Assembly (NCBI RefSeq): GCF_000017845.1
Contig: NC_010546.1
Span: forward strand, 3,540,001-3,572,000
Origin: Crocosphaera subtropica ATCC 51142
GTDB taxonomy: Bacteria; Cyanobacteriota; Cyanobacteriia; Cyanobacteriales; Microcystaceae
Reading direction: 5' to 3'
DNA: 32,000 nt
The notes under the pieces: generated by a model
Told to the model about the DNA's origin: nothing
The model's database searches: none
What the model saw: only the letters and a program-made list of their open reading frames with translations
Shown: positions 15,904 to 25,575 of the stretch, one piece after another
How the letters are laid out: the number at the start of each line of letters is the position of its first letter
Numbering within the stretch: position 1 is the first letter of the stretch
Program-made: the position numbers and the translations under genes

Positions 15904-16288
15904 TGAGATCCCTCCGAAGCAGAGAAAGCAGAGAGAGGTGCGACCCAAGGCGAGGTTCCCTCGGCATTGGAAAGGGTACCTTAAGAGATTTTCTGTTTTC
16001 TTCCCCACCCCCTGCTCCCCTATCCTTGCGCGTTCCCTAGGTCGGGGAACCCGACCGGGGTCGCTCGTCTCCCTTGCAGTCTCAACTAAGGTTTTGCGCT
16101 TAACCGAGTTGTATTGGGGGAGGAGGGGTTTGCAGCCATGATTTTAATGATGAGTCATTAAGCGGATTTCATATAAGAATATAGCTGATGGCTGAACGTT
16201 TAGAAACTAGCCATAAAGATGATCTAACTCTGTTGCGTAGCACGATGTAGTCGCACTCCGAACCCCTAACCCCGAACTCAGGTTTCAT
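15904..16288. other. GC-rich, hairpin-dense non-coding gap between convergent genes; contains repeat copy B (16004-16019, 16171-16211); MITE-like element or sRNA candidate
   Basis: Mutually exclusive hairpins occur at 16032-16050 (gttccc/gggaac) and 16040-16056 (ggtcgg/ccgacc). A further hairpin lies at 16144-16161 (ttaatga/tcattaa). A spot count gives 39/60 G+C for 16021-16080. The ORFs listed here look like translated noise. Confidence 0.45.
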
Positions 16289-18580
16289 TTAGGCTTCAAT
16301 AATCACTCGTAAATTACCTCGTTTACGAACCACACGACAAGCAGTGGCATTACCTGAGCGTTCAAACTCTAAGTCTAATAACGTTTGACCAATTTTGAGA
16401 TTTTCTAAGCATAAAAATTGAACCGAAGACGGTAAAGTGGGATGGACAATTTGTAAACAATTATTAGCAGCATCAGGGATTAAATTAGCCATAATCTGCA
16501 CAAATTGAAAAATTGTTCCCGTTGCCCACGCTTGGGGGGTACAAGCCACTGGATACCGCACTGGACTACTATTGGGGAGACGAGTATAACCGCAAAAGAG
16601 TTCAGGGGGACGGAAATAGGGTTGATGAACTGTCATATCAATGATACCCTGGGCCACTTCTAGAGCCTGTTCCACTCGATTAAGCGATCGCAACCCTGTG
16701 GCGATAATACCGTTATCATGAGGCCAAACGGACCCTAAATGGTATCCCATCGGGTTATAAGCAGGAGAAATACTACTGAGGGTACGAATACCCCAACCAC
16801 TAAACAAGTCTGGGGCCTGTAACCGTTCGGCCACACTTTGAGCTTTATCCGGCAACAAAATATCTAACCCCAAACAATGGCCAGGGTTCGAGGTAATACT
16901 ATCGATAGGTTTACCCTCATCATTTAACCCTAGGGCGATATATTCGACTTCCGGTAGCCAGAAATCCTCGTTAAAGCGAATTTTCAGGTCATGGGCTTCT
17001 TTTTCCCAACCATTGGCCAAATCATGCTCTTTTCTCAGTCTCGCTAACTGACTCAAGGCCATTTTCGCCCCATAGACATAGCCTTGCACTTCTGAGAGAT
17101 AGATATTTTTTTCAGCCAAGCGACCTTGACTATCGACAATACAATTGCCTGAATCTTTCCATCCCTGGTTTCGTAACCCGCCGGGGGATTTGCATTGATA
17201 GGGAAGATATCCGGTTTCTTGACAGTTGCGATCAATCCAGTCCATGGCTGCTAGGGCGTTATCCCACAGTTTGTCTAGGAGGAGATCGTCATGGGTCCAG
17301 CTATAGTATTGAGCATACAACAGTATCCACAACGGCGTAGCATCCACTGTCCCATAATAAGGGGTATGGGGAACTTCCCCGCATCTGGCCATTTCTCCGA
17401 AGCGAATTTCGTGGAGAATTTTTCCTGGTTCTTCTTCTCGCCATTCGTTGTCTACTTGACCTTGATAGGCTGCTAAGGTTAATAAGGTGTTACGGGCGAT
17501 GTCTGGGGCAAAGATCAGGGTTTGGGCGGCTGCAATAATGGAATCACGACCGAACAAGGTAGAAAACCAAGGAACCCCGGCGGAGAGAACTTTACCTTCC
17601 CCAAAGGTTTGACCCAATAGATAAATATCTTCTTCGGCCCGTTCGATGATTAAGTTTAACTCTTGGTTATCGGTGCGGATTTTTGTGGCGTGATCGCGCC
17701 ATTTTTGTTCTTCGCTTAATTCAGCAGCTAAGGCTTGTTTGAGGTTGGCCGGAGGACTAACGGCGGAGGCTAATTTGCCGTCAATAAAGGGCTGTAAACA
17801 ATAACCGACAGACTGGGTTTCGTGGGGATCTAATTGCATCCGCCAAATGGCGGTATACCCTTGGAAGTGGTCGGGTTGACGATGATCAAAGCGGATACGA
17901 GATTCCATTAAAATCCCATCTAACCCTTGATAAGCTAAGGTTAATTCTCCTGTTTCTTGAACAACGCCGTGAATATCGTGGGAGATATGATTAAAATCCA
18001 TCTCGCTTTTTCCCACTAAGCGCATAATGGTTCCGTTGGCGTGGCGAACAGCCCCACGAATAACAAATAAGTCGAGAAAATCAGCATCAAAACTGACACT
18101 AATCTCAAATTCAACGGGTTCGGTGTTGTAGTTTGTTAGGCTTAATTCTTCAAACAACGCCCCTTGTAAAACAATATTTCGCTCAACCCCAATGGTTTCA
18201 GCTTCAATTTTCCCTTCTATATAAGGATTAGCACATAAAGCAGATAAGGCAAACCCTTGTCTAGCGGTACTACTGAGCAAAATGGGGGCTTCTCCTTCGA
18301 TTTGTAATTCTAAGCGACTGAGAAAACGGGTATCTTTGCACAGGAGTCCTAAACTGAGATTGGCGTGATCTACTTCGCAACCGCTAATATTGCCTAACTT
18401 ATCCGTAATTAAGAATAAATCATCATCTTTGAGGGTTAAAGTCGGTTGCATTCGTTGGGTGGTGGTACAAGGCCATTCTGGAATGGGAACTTGTTCGGAG
18501 GGCGCAAAGGTTCTACCACCGAGATTAAGCAGTTTCAGGGGTTGTTTGTTTTGAAGATTGTCAATCGTTTGTTCACTCAT
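16289..18580 (-). CDS. Amylo-alpha-1,6-glucosidase family protein (bacterial GDE N-terminal domain + GDE_C six-hairpin glycosidase domain)
   Basis: 763-aa ORF. The central and C-terminal region (GVPWFSTLFGRDS..., GKILHE..., GYHLGSVWPHDN) is typical of the GDE_C family. It lies 56 nt downstream of a GT4 gene. Confidence 0.8.
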   Translation of the reverse strand: MSEQTIDNLQNKQPLKLLNLGGRTFAPSEQVPIPEWPCTTTQRMQPTLTLKDDDLFLITDKLGNISGCEVDHANLSLGLLCKDTRFLSRLELQIEGEAPILLSSTARQGFALSALCANPYIEGKIEAETIGVERNIVLQGALFEELSLTNYNTEPVEFEISVSFDADFLDLFVIRGAVRHANGTIMRLVGKSEMDFNHISHDIHGVVQETGELTLAYQGLDGILMESRIRFDHRQPDHFQGYTAIWRMQLDPHETQSVGYCLQPFIDGKLASAVSPPANLKQALAAELSEEQKWRDHATKIRTDNQELNLIIERAEEDIYLLGQTFGEGKVLSAGVPWFSTLFGRDSIIAAAQTLIFAPDIARNTLLTLAAYQGQVDNEWREEEPGKILHEIRFGEMARCGEVPHTPYYGTVDATPLWILLYAQYYSWTHDDLLLDKLWDNALAAMDWIDRNCQETGYLPYQCKSPGGLRNQGWKDSGNCIVDSQGRLAEKNIYLSEVQGYVYGAKMALSQLARLRKEHDLANGWEKEAHDLKIRFNEDFWLPEVEYIALGLNDEGKPIDSITSNPGHCLGLDILLPDKAQSVAERLQAPDLFSGWGIRTLSSISPAYNPMGYHLGSVWPHDNGIIATGLRSLNRVEQALEVAQGIIDMTVHQPYFRPPELFCGYTRLPNSSPVRYPVACTPQAWATGTIFQFVQIMANLIPDAANNCLQIVHPTLPSSVQFLCLENLKIGQTLLDLEFERSGNATACRVVRKRGNLRVIIEA

Positions 18581-18636
18581 CTGATTTTAGTAGAGAATAG
18601 GCAACGGGGAATAGGGATCATTTTTTTAATTCACAT

Positions 18637-19740
18637 CTACTTGGCCGATAGTTCATTAATTACATTAGACATCACAGACAAGACATTCTCATCTTTAGAG
18701 GATGATTCTTTGAGCAATTTTTCATAAATCTGTTCGTAACCATCCACCATTTGTTTAACGGTAAAGTTATTAGTGACATGACGGTAACAGTCTTCACGGT
18801 TAATTTCAGCAATACGACAAACCCCTGCAACCATTCCTTCAATATCGTTCTCATCACAGAGAAAACCCGTTTTACCATCCACCATAATTTCCGGGGTTGA
18901 GCCTCTAATGCTGGCAATAACGGGGGTTCCGCAAATCATGGATTCAATCATGACTAACCCGAAAGGTTCATTCCAACTAATGGGGAATAGGGTTGCTAAA
19001 GCCCCTCCTAAAAATTGATTTTTTTCTTTACTACTCAATTCTCCGACAAAGGTGATCTGTTCATTATCAATTAAGGGTTCGACGGTTTTGTAGTAAAAGT
19101 CTTCATTGAGGTGATCGATTTTACCCGCTATTTTTAAAGGAATACCCACTCGTTTGGCAATTTCAATGGCAACGTGAGGCCCTTTACATTTAGACATTCG
19201 ACCTAAAAAGGCCAAGTAGGGTGGGGTTTCGGGTTCGGGGTGAAAGGTATATTCATCCACATTGATCGCATTATAGACAGTCCCCACATAATTTAATTCT
19301 TTGATATAGGCCTGTTGCGCCTCAGAAATACTGACAAAGTTTTGATGAGGATGTTGCTTAAACAACTTCTTACTCAAGGCAGGGAAATAACCGTGAATGG
19401 TATGGACGGTCGGGGTGTTAATCAATTCAATAAAAGGCAGTGCATCTTGACCCACATGAGAATGAATCAGATCAAATTCATCGGCCTGCTCAAATACGCG
19501 ACTTAATTGCATCTCTAGGTAAACCATACATTCTTCAGGGCTAAGGTCTAAACGGCGAAGTCCTGTTTTTGCTCCAGGTACCAGGGTAGCTAAGGTTTGA
19601 GAATCTTCTGTGGCAAATAGGGTCACTTCATGACCTCGACGGACTAATTCATCGGTTAATAAACTAACCACTAATTCAATACCGCCATAAGCAACAGGGG
19701 GAACCGATTCCCATAAGGGAGCAATTTGGGCAATTTTCAT
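18637..19740 (-). CDS. Glycosyltransferase family 4 (group 1)
   Basis: 367-aa ORF. N-terminus MKIAQIAPLWESVPPVAYGGIELVVSLLTDELVRRGHEV. E-x7-E region EPFGLVMIESMICGTPVIAS. Confidence 0.85.
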   Translation of the reverse strand: MKIAQIAPLWESVPPVAYGGIELVVSLLTDELVRRGHEVTLFATEDSQTLATLVPGAKTGLRRLDLSPEECMVYLEMQLSRVFEQADEFDLIHSHVGQDALPFIELINTPTVHTIHGYFPALSKKLFKQHPHQNFVSISEAQQAYIKELNYVGTVYNAINVDEYTFHPEPETPPYLAFLGRMSKCKGPHVAIEIAKRVGIPLKIAGKIDHLNEDFYYKTVEPLIDNEQITFVGELSSKEKNQFLGGALATLFPISWNEPFGLVMIESMICGTPVIASIRGSTPEIMVDGKTGFLCDENDIEGMVAGVCRIAEINREDCYRHVTNNFTVKQMVDGYEQIYEKLLKESSSKDENVLSVMSNVINELSAK

Positions 19741-19946
19741 AATTTTATTTCCTATTTCTTTTCAAACTTCAATGTCAAAACCAAGGTGAATTTTTTTCTA
19801 AAATGTCTCAATTTGAGTTAGTTTCTAACGTAACTTTTCTCATAGATTGACAGGATTACTGACTCAGATCCTGACTTGGGAAAAGCCGATAATTCAAGTG
19901 TATTATTTCCATATCCATGTCAGGGTTTATTCTAAGGTGAAAATCA

Positions 19947-19997
19947 GATTATCTCCTTGTTATTGGTATCTAACCCTAATTAAAACAAGAGATAATC
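19947..19997 (-). terminator. Long hairpin, candidate terminator of the zinc-ribbon gene
   Basis: Arms gattatctc-c-ttgtt (19947-19961) and aacaagagataatc (19984-19997) pair over 14 bp with one bulged C and a 22-nt loop. On the minus strand the hairpin is followed by tgattttcacc. Confidence 0.4.
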
Positions 19998-20035
19998 CTA
20001 GATTACTTCTACCTACAGAAATAGGTTGCAATCAG

Positions 20036-20266
20036 TTAAGTTATGATGGAAAGGTAGTTATGACCTGGCGGCATTTTTTGATGACAGTGACTACAATACC
20101 AGTAAACCCCATCTACACTTATATGACGTAGCAAAAAATAAGAACAACAGGGACAAACTGGCTTTTTTTGTAGATAAAGGCTACTTTCATGTTCATTTTC
20201 ATGCTTATCACTATTGTTTTTATGGATAGGTTTGTGAAAGGTTTCTTCCAATGAGTGACGATTCAT
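20036..20266 (-). CDS. Small zinc-ribbon protein (CxxC...CxxC), function unknown
   Basis: 76-aa ORF with CPCCSYFLLRH...YWYCSHCHQKMP and a GAGG-type RBS about 8 nt upstream of the ATG. Confidence 0.55.
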   Translation of the reverse strand: MNRHSLEETFHKPIHKNNSDKHENEHESSLYLQKKPVCPCCSYFLLRHISVDGVYWYCSHCHQKMPPGHNYLSIIT

Positions 20267-20626
20267 TATTTAACCTCGGTTTTCCATTATTGTATGAAAA
20301 TGGTTAGGATTTTATTAAGCTATTAAATCGAGACTATGATTTCTCCCTCCTAATAAGTTAATAAGTCCAAAATTTTATGACTTTTGGAATAGGGAAAAAT
20401 ACTCTTTGAAAATAGAAAAATTAGACTATTATCATTAGCTTAGTAAATCCAAAAGAGCAAGCGCATTCCTTTGTTCACTATCATTTCTACGGTAGCGAAA
20501 AATTGATCAATTTTTGTGAGTTTGTTTATAAAAGTTAATTTTTACTGTCATAAAAAATAGTTAATAGTTAAATATGAAGAAATAACTACGATATTAAGCA
20601 TTATGAGGGAAATATAAGATTGTTGC

Positions 20627-22783
20627 TTAAACTTCTTTCATCGATAAACTAATGCGTTTTAATTTCTCATCAATTTCTAATACTTTCACTTTAACCACTT
20701 CTCCCACTTTCACAACCTCCTTGGGATCACTAACAAAATAATTAGCAAGTTGGGAAATATGAATTAATCCGTCTTGATGCACTCCAATATCAACAAATGC
20801 GCCAAAATTAACCACATTAGTAATAACTCCTTCTAATATCATTCCTTCTCTTAAATCATTAATTTCTGTAACCCCTTCTTTGAAGGTTGCATACTTAAAT
20901 TCTTCTCTGGGATCTCGTCCTGGTTTTTCTAATTCTGTGATAACATCCGCTAAAGTTGGTAAACCAATGGTATCCGTTACAAAAGTGTTTAAATCCAAAG
21001 ATTTTAAGCGAGAACCAACTTTATTAATATCAGCTAATGATACCCCTAATTGTTTCATAATCATTTCTACTACAGCATAACTTTCAGGATGAACCGCAGT
21101 ATTATCTAAGGGGTTCTTTCCCCCTCTAATTCTTAAAAACCCGGCTGCTTGTTCAAATGCTTTTGGACCTAGCTTAGAGACTTTTAGCAATTCTTTTCTA
21201 TCTTTAAATTTGCCATTTTTATCTCGATAACTAACAATATTATTTGCAATAGTTGAGGTAATTCCTGAGACAAAAATTAAGAGTTGTTTTGATGCAGTAT
21301 TGAGATCAACACCAACATAATTAACACAACTTTCTACTGTTTCCTCTAGGTTCTTTTTTAATAATTTTTGATCCACATCGTGTTGATATTGTCCTACTCC
21401 AATAGATTTAGGATCAATTTTCACTAATTCTGCTAAAGGATCTTGTAATCTTCTGCCAATACTAATGGCACCTCTAACCGTAATATCTAAGTTTGGAAAC
21501 TCCTCCCTTGCTAAATCACTGGCTGAATAAATAGATGCACCTGATTCATTTACAATCACTTTTATCGGTTTATTTTCTAAGGGGTTAATAACGTCAGCAA
21601 CGAATTGATCGGTTTCACGGGAAGCGGTTCCATTACCAATAGCAATTAGTTTTATATGATATTTTTTGATTAATTTTTCTAAGACATTTTTGGCTTTTTT
21701 TTGTTTATTTTCTCCACTATGAGGAAAGATAGCTTGATACTCTAGAAATTGACCGGTTTCCGATAGAATGACGACTTTACATCCTGTGCGAAATCCTGGA
21801 TCAATAGCTAAGGTTGGTTGCATTCCTGCGGGGGGAGATAATAGTAATTCTCTTAAGTTAATTTCAAAGGTATTAATGGATTCTATATCAGCCCAATGTT
21901 TACGATCTGCTCTAACTTCTCTGAGTAATGAAGGTTTAATGAGACGGTTAAATGAATCTTTAAGCATCTCTTGATAAAAGGTTCTTATTAGTTTATTTTT
22001 AGTTTTAATTTCTTGGTTTTCTAAATAAGAAAGTACAAAGTTTTCATCAAAATCAATCTCAAGAGAAATAATTTTTTCTGCTTCTCCTCTAAACAAAGCT
22101 AAGACATTATGAGGGGCAATTTTAGTCACACTGGCTTGAAAATCACGGTACATTTCATATTTGGTACTGCCTTCAGAATAATCTTTTTTAATTTTAGAAA
22201 TAAAAATACTTTCTTTCATCAAATAATCCCTAAGATAAGTCCTTAAGTTTGCCTTTTCTGCGGTTTCTTCTGCTAAGATATCTGATGCCCCTTGTAACGC
22301 TTCTTCGATGGTATTAACGCCTTTTTCTGTTGAGATCGACTCCTGTGCTAATCTTTCTAAAGATTGGGGTTTAGCATTAGGATGATTGAGGGATTTTATG
22401 AACTCTGCTAACTTGTCTAATCCTTTTTCTCTTGCTATAGTAGCTTTTGTTCTTCGTTTTGGTTTATAAGGTAGGTATAAGTCTTCTAGTTCGGTTTTCG
22501 ATAAACAAGATTCTATTTTTTGTTGTAATTGATCCGTTAATTTGTCTTGACTTTTAATGGATTCTAAAATCGTTTCTTTTCGTTTTTCTAACTCAGTTAA
22601 ATAAGTATAGCGTTCTCCTATATCTCTAATTTGAGTTTCATCTAATGATCCTGTTTTTTCCTTACGATAACGGGCAATAAAAGGAACAGTTGCACCTTCG
22701 ATTAATAATTCTAAAGTATTCTTAACCTGTTGCCGTCTTAAGGATAATTCAGTAGCAATAATTTTGTTGTAATCAATCATCAT
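20627..22783 (-). CDS. tex: Tex-family transcription accessory protein (Tex-N, YqgF-like, HhH, S1 domains)
   Basis: 718-aa ORF. N-terminus ELSLRRQQVKNTLELLIEGATVPFIARYRKEKTG. C-terminal S1 domain GMILEGVITNVVNFGAFVDIGVHQDGLIHISQL. Confidence 0.9.
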   Translation of the reverse strand: MMIDYNKIIATELSLRRQQVKNTLELLIEGATVPFIARYRKEKTGSLDETQIRDIGERYTYLTELEKRKETILESIKSQDKLTDQLQQKIESCLSKTELEDLYLPYKPKRRTKATIAREKGLDKLAEFIKSLNHPNAKPQSLERLAQESISTEKGVNTIEEALQGASDILAEETAEKANLRTYLRDYLMKESIFISKIKKDYSEGSTKYEMYRDFQASVTKIAPHNVLALFRGEAEKIISLEIDFDENFVLSYLENQEIKTKNKLIRTFYQEMLKDSFNRLIKPSLLREVRADRKHWADIESINTFEINLRELLLSPPAGMQPTLAIDPGFRTGCKVVILSETGQFLEYQAIFPHSGENKQKKAKNVLEKLIKKYHIKLIAIGNGTASRETDQFVADVINPLENKPIKVIVNESGASIYSASDLAREEFPNLDITVRGAISIGRRLQDPLAELVKIDPKSIGVGQYQHDVDQKLLKKNLEETVESCVNYVGVDLNTASKQLLIFVSGITSTIANNIVSYRDKNGKFKDRKELLKVSKLGPKAFEQAAGFLRIRGGKNPLDNTAVHPESYAVVEMIMKQLGVSLADINKVGSRLKSLDLNTFVTDTIGLPTLADVITELEKPGRDPREEFKYATFKEGVTEINDLREGMILEGVITNVVNFGAFVDIGVHQDGLIHISQLANYFVSDPKEVVKVGEVVKVKVLEIDEKLKRISLSMKEV

Positions 22784-23214
22784 TAACTATTATCATTAAT
22801 TATTGAATCTTCATTTGTAACTAACTAAAGATGTTATTTGCTGTTAAATCTACAGTAGTTTGCAACTTTGTAAGGTACAATCAGACATTGTCATTACTTC
22901 TACAGTTTCCTCCCTCAGATTGATTGACAATGTCCATTGAGATTATTATCAAAGATCATAAGGGGTAAATGAACAAAAAACAAATATTAAATGGATTGAA
23001 AATAGTTATGCTTTGATCAACACTATTCGTTTTCAGTTTAAAATTGCTAAATAAGAATAGATTGTCCCTAATCTTGTCACGATTAAATTCTAAAAAATAG
23101 TCAAAAATTGATGATTATGATAATTGACACGCTATAATAGTTAAGGTAATTAAGATTGACCCTTATTTGACCATAAAATAACCATTATTTGCTTGTTTCT
23201 GAGATATCTTAACA

Positions 23215-24936
23215 ATGTCTTCCAATCAACCCCAACGGGAACCCCATTCAGCCTCTAGTTTAGAAGAAATCCGCGCCACACGCCTCGAAAAAGTAGAACA
23301 GTTGAAACAATTGGGTTTAATCCCCTATGCGTATCAATGGCAATCTACCCATGATGCTGCAACATTACAGGATAAATATACCAATTTAAAGGATGGAGAA
23401 GAAGTAGCGGTAGATGTTGCGATCGCAGGAAGAATTATCGCCCGTCGTGTCTTTGGAAAACTAGCCTTTTTCAACCTACAAGACGAAACTGGAACCATTC
23501 AATTATATCTCGATAAAAAAGAAATTCAGGCGCACATGAGTGATCTTGACAGTGCCTTTAATCATCTCAAAAAATTGACCGATACAGGGGATATTATTGG
23601 TGTAAAGGGTAGTATTAAAAGAACAGAAAAAGGAGAACTTTCTGTTAAAGTTAAACAATACCAAATCTTAACGAAGTCCTTATTACCTTTACCGGATAAA
23701 TGGCACGGTTTAACGGATACTGAAAAACGTTACCGTCAACGTTATGTAGACTTAATTGTTAATCCCCAAGTTAGGCAAACCTTTCGTCGTCGTGCAGAAA
23801 TTACTGCTTCTATTCGACGCTATTTAGACAAACAGGGTTTTATTGAGATAGAAACCCCTGTTTTACAGTCGGAAGCAGGGGGCGCAGAAGCCCGTCCGTT
23901 CATCACCTATCATAACACCTTGGAGATGGATTTATATCTCAGAATTGCCACAGAATTGCATCTCAAACGGTTAATTGTGGGGGGATTTGAAAAAGTATTT
24001 GAACTAGGTAGAATCTTCCGTAATGAAGGGGTTTCAACCAAACACAACCCTGAATTTACCTCCATCGAAGTCTATCAAGCTTACGCTGATTATAACGATA
24101 TGATGGAGCTTACCGAAGCAATTATTACCACAGCAGCAGAAGAGGTTTTAGGGACGTTAAAGATTACTTATCAAGGAGAAGACATCGACTTATCAACTCC
24201 TTGGCGACGGGTAACCATGCACGATATTGTGAAAGAAAAAAGTGGTTTAGATTTTGAACAATTTAAAGACTTTGAAACCGCTAAAAATGCAGTAAAAGAA
24301 GTCGGTTTAGACGTTCCAGAAACTTGTCAAAGTTTAGGAAAATTAATTAATGAAGTGTTTGAGCAAACCGTAGAAGAAACCTTAATTCAACCGACATTTA
24401 TCCTAGATTTTCCTGTAGAAATTTCCCCTTTAGCTAAGCCTCATCGCAATAAAGAAGGATTAGTTGAACGCTTTGAATTATATATTGTGGGACGGGAATT
24501 AGCTAATAGTTTCTCAGAATTAACTGATCCTATTGATCAAAGAAACAGACTAGAAAAACAAGCCGAACAAAAAGCAGCCGGTGACTTAGAGGCCCATAGT
24601 GTTGACGAAGATTTCTTAACCGCCTTAGAATATGGAATGCCTCCTACGGGAGGATTAGGCATTGGCATTGATCGCCTGATTATGTTATTAACTGATTCTG
24701 CTAGTATTCGGGATGTTATTGCTTTCCCCTTGCTCAAAAATTATAGTTATGCAATCAAATCCTTTGACTATGATCCAGATCAAAAAATTCTGAGGGTTGA
24801 ATTTTCTCATGGCGGTGTTTATCAATATCACGATGTTCCTAAATCTGTCTATGAAGGATTAGCAAAATCTCCCTCAAAAGGACAGTATTTTAATGCTGAA
24901 ATTAAAGAAAAATTTGGGTTTGATCGGGAAAATTAA
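23215..24936 (+). CDS. lysS: Lysine--tRNA ligase (class II) with C-terminal KTSC domain
   Basis: 573-aa ORF with motif 2 region [17 protein letters not shown] and motif 3 [14 protein letters not shown]. An extra ~65-aa tail ([37 protein letters not shown]...SKGQYFN) matches the KTSC domain pattern. Confidence 0.9.
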   Translation: MSSNQPQREPHSASSLEEIRATRLEKVEQLKQLGLIPYAYQWQSTHDAATLQDKYTNLKDGEEVAVDVAIAGRIIARRVFGKLAFFNLQDETGTIQLYLDKKEIQAHMSDLDSAFNHLKKLTDTGDIIGVKGSIKRTEKGELSVKVKQYQILTKSLLPLPDKWHGLTDTEKRYRQRYVDLIVNPQVRQTFRRRAEITASIRRYLDKQGFIEIETPVLQSEAGGAEARPFITYHNTLEMDLYLRIATELHLKRLIVGGFEKVFELGRIFRNEGVSTKHNPEFTSIEVYQAYADYNDMMELTEAIITTAAEEVLGTLKITYQGEDIDLSTPWRRVTMHDIVKEKSGLDFEQFKDFETAKNAVKEVGLDVPETCQSLGKLINEVFEQTVEETLIQPTFILDFPVEISPLAKPHRNKEGLVERFELYIVGRELANSFSELTDPIDQRNRLEKQAEQKAAGDLEAHSVDEDFLTALEYGMPPTGGLGIGIDRLIMLLTDSASIRDVIAFPLLKNYSYAIKSFDYDPDQKILRVEFSHGGVYQYHDVPKSVYEGLAKSPSKGQYFNAEIKEKFGFDREN

Positions 24937-24949
24937 CAATGAACAAGTT

Positions 24950-24973
24950 GGGAATAACTGTATAGTTATTCCC
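24950..24973 (+). terminator. Perfect 10-bp-stem hairpin just after lysS (no U-tract)
   Basis: gggaataact (24950-24959), loop gtat, agttattccc (24964-24973). It is followed by taaaaat, so it is not a canonical intrinsic terminator. Confidence 0.4.
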
Positions 24974-25309
24974 TAAAAATAAGATTAAACAAATAACAAG
25001 ATATCAATAATTTTTTCCAATATAAATTTTATAAAAGTGAGAAAATTATGGAAGAATTATTAGAACTCAAAGCCTTACTTTTAAAAGGTGATATCAAAGG
25101 TTCATCTGTTAATTGACTCAGTTTCTCAATAATTCATTGATTCTCGCTTCTGCTTTCTAGCTATCTTTCAACTTTTATGTTAAGTATAAACACTCAATTT
25201 TTTGCTACTTAATTAACAAAAAGGCCTGTGAAGTTTAACCCGATTAGGTGAAGATGACAAGGGCAGATTCCTGAGATTATAAGAGAATAACTAGGTAGGG
25301 AATTCTATT

Positions 25310-25441
25310 ATGACTGTTTTTTGTAGATTAATCATTGCTGCTGCCGTCGTTTTTATCATTGCTGATATTGTTCCTTTTCCTAACTATCCTTCAGGATATA
25401 TTGCCACAACGATTAATCAACAGAACCAGAAAACCAAATGA
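25310..25441 (+). CDS. Possible 43-aa single-TM membrane peptide
   Basis: MTVFCRLIIAAAVVFIIADIVPFPNYPSGYIATTINQQNQKTK. It is hydrophobic, has no clear RBS and lies in an otherwise empty 640-nt gap. This call is speculative. Confidence 0.2.
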   Translation: MTVFCRLIIAAAVVFIIADIVPFPNYPSGYIATTINQQNQKTK

Positions 25442-25575
25442 TTAAATCTGAAATCGGGAGAAGGAAAACATAGTCTATATTTTTCGGCATTAGTCGTTAT
25501 TTAATTAACTACAACTATAACACTATGTCAAATACTATTCTCCCTTACCATTTAATACAATTGATTATCAATTGT

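Noticed and set aside
15703-16141. ORFs 15703-16008 (-) and 15938-16141 (+) in the GC-rich gap
   Set aside because: The translations are rich in Arg, Pro and Gly, as expected from reading GC-rich repeat DNA. The two overlap each other and the repeat motifs, and show no start context.
15904-16288. Possible known structured RNA (tmRNA, RNase P RNA, SRP/4.5S, 6S) in the GC-rich gap
   Set aside because: I could not find, on either strand, the motifs I remember for these families. There is no GGUUCGAnUCC-type T-loop next to an acceptor end, no GAGGAAAGUCC P4-like box and no SRP GGAA/AGCA domain IV pattern. It is kept only as an unclassified structured element.
19847-20131. 94-aa ORF on the plus strand upstream of the GT4 operon
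   Set aside because: It lies in AT-rich promoter/terminator DNA, overlaps the zinc-ribbon gene and the long hairpin, and has no RBS or recognisable motif.
23124-23138. TTGACA followed by TATAAT upstream of lysS as a consensus promoter
   Set aside because: Only 3 nt separate the two hexamers, so they cannot act as a -35/-10 pair. TATAAT (23133-23138) may still be a -10 with a weak TTGATG at 23108-23113 (19-nt spacer), but that is too uncertain to call.
25048-25116. 22-aa ORF MEELLELKALLLKGDIKGSSVN
   Set aside because: It looks like the N-terminal stub of a small alpha-helical cyanobacterial protein cut off by a stop. It is too short and unsupported to call as a gene, and is treated as probable debris.
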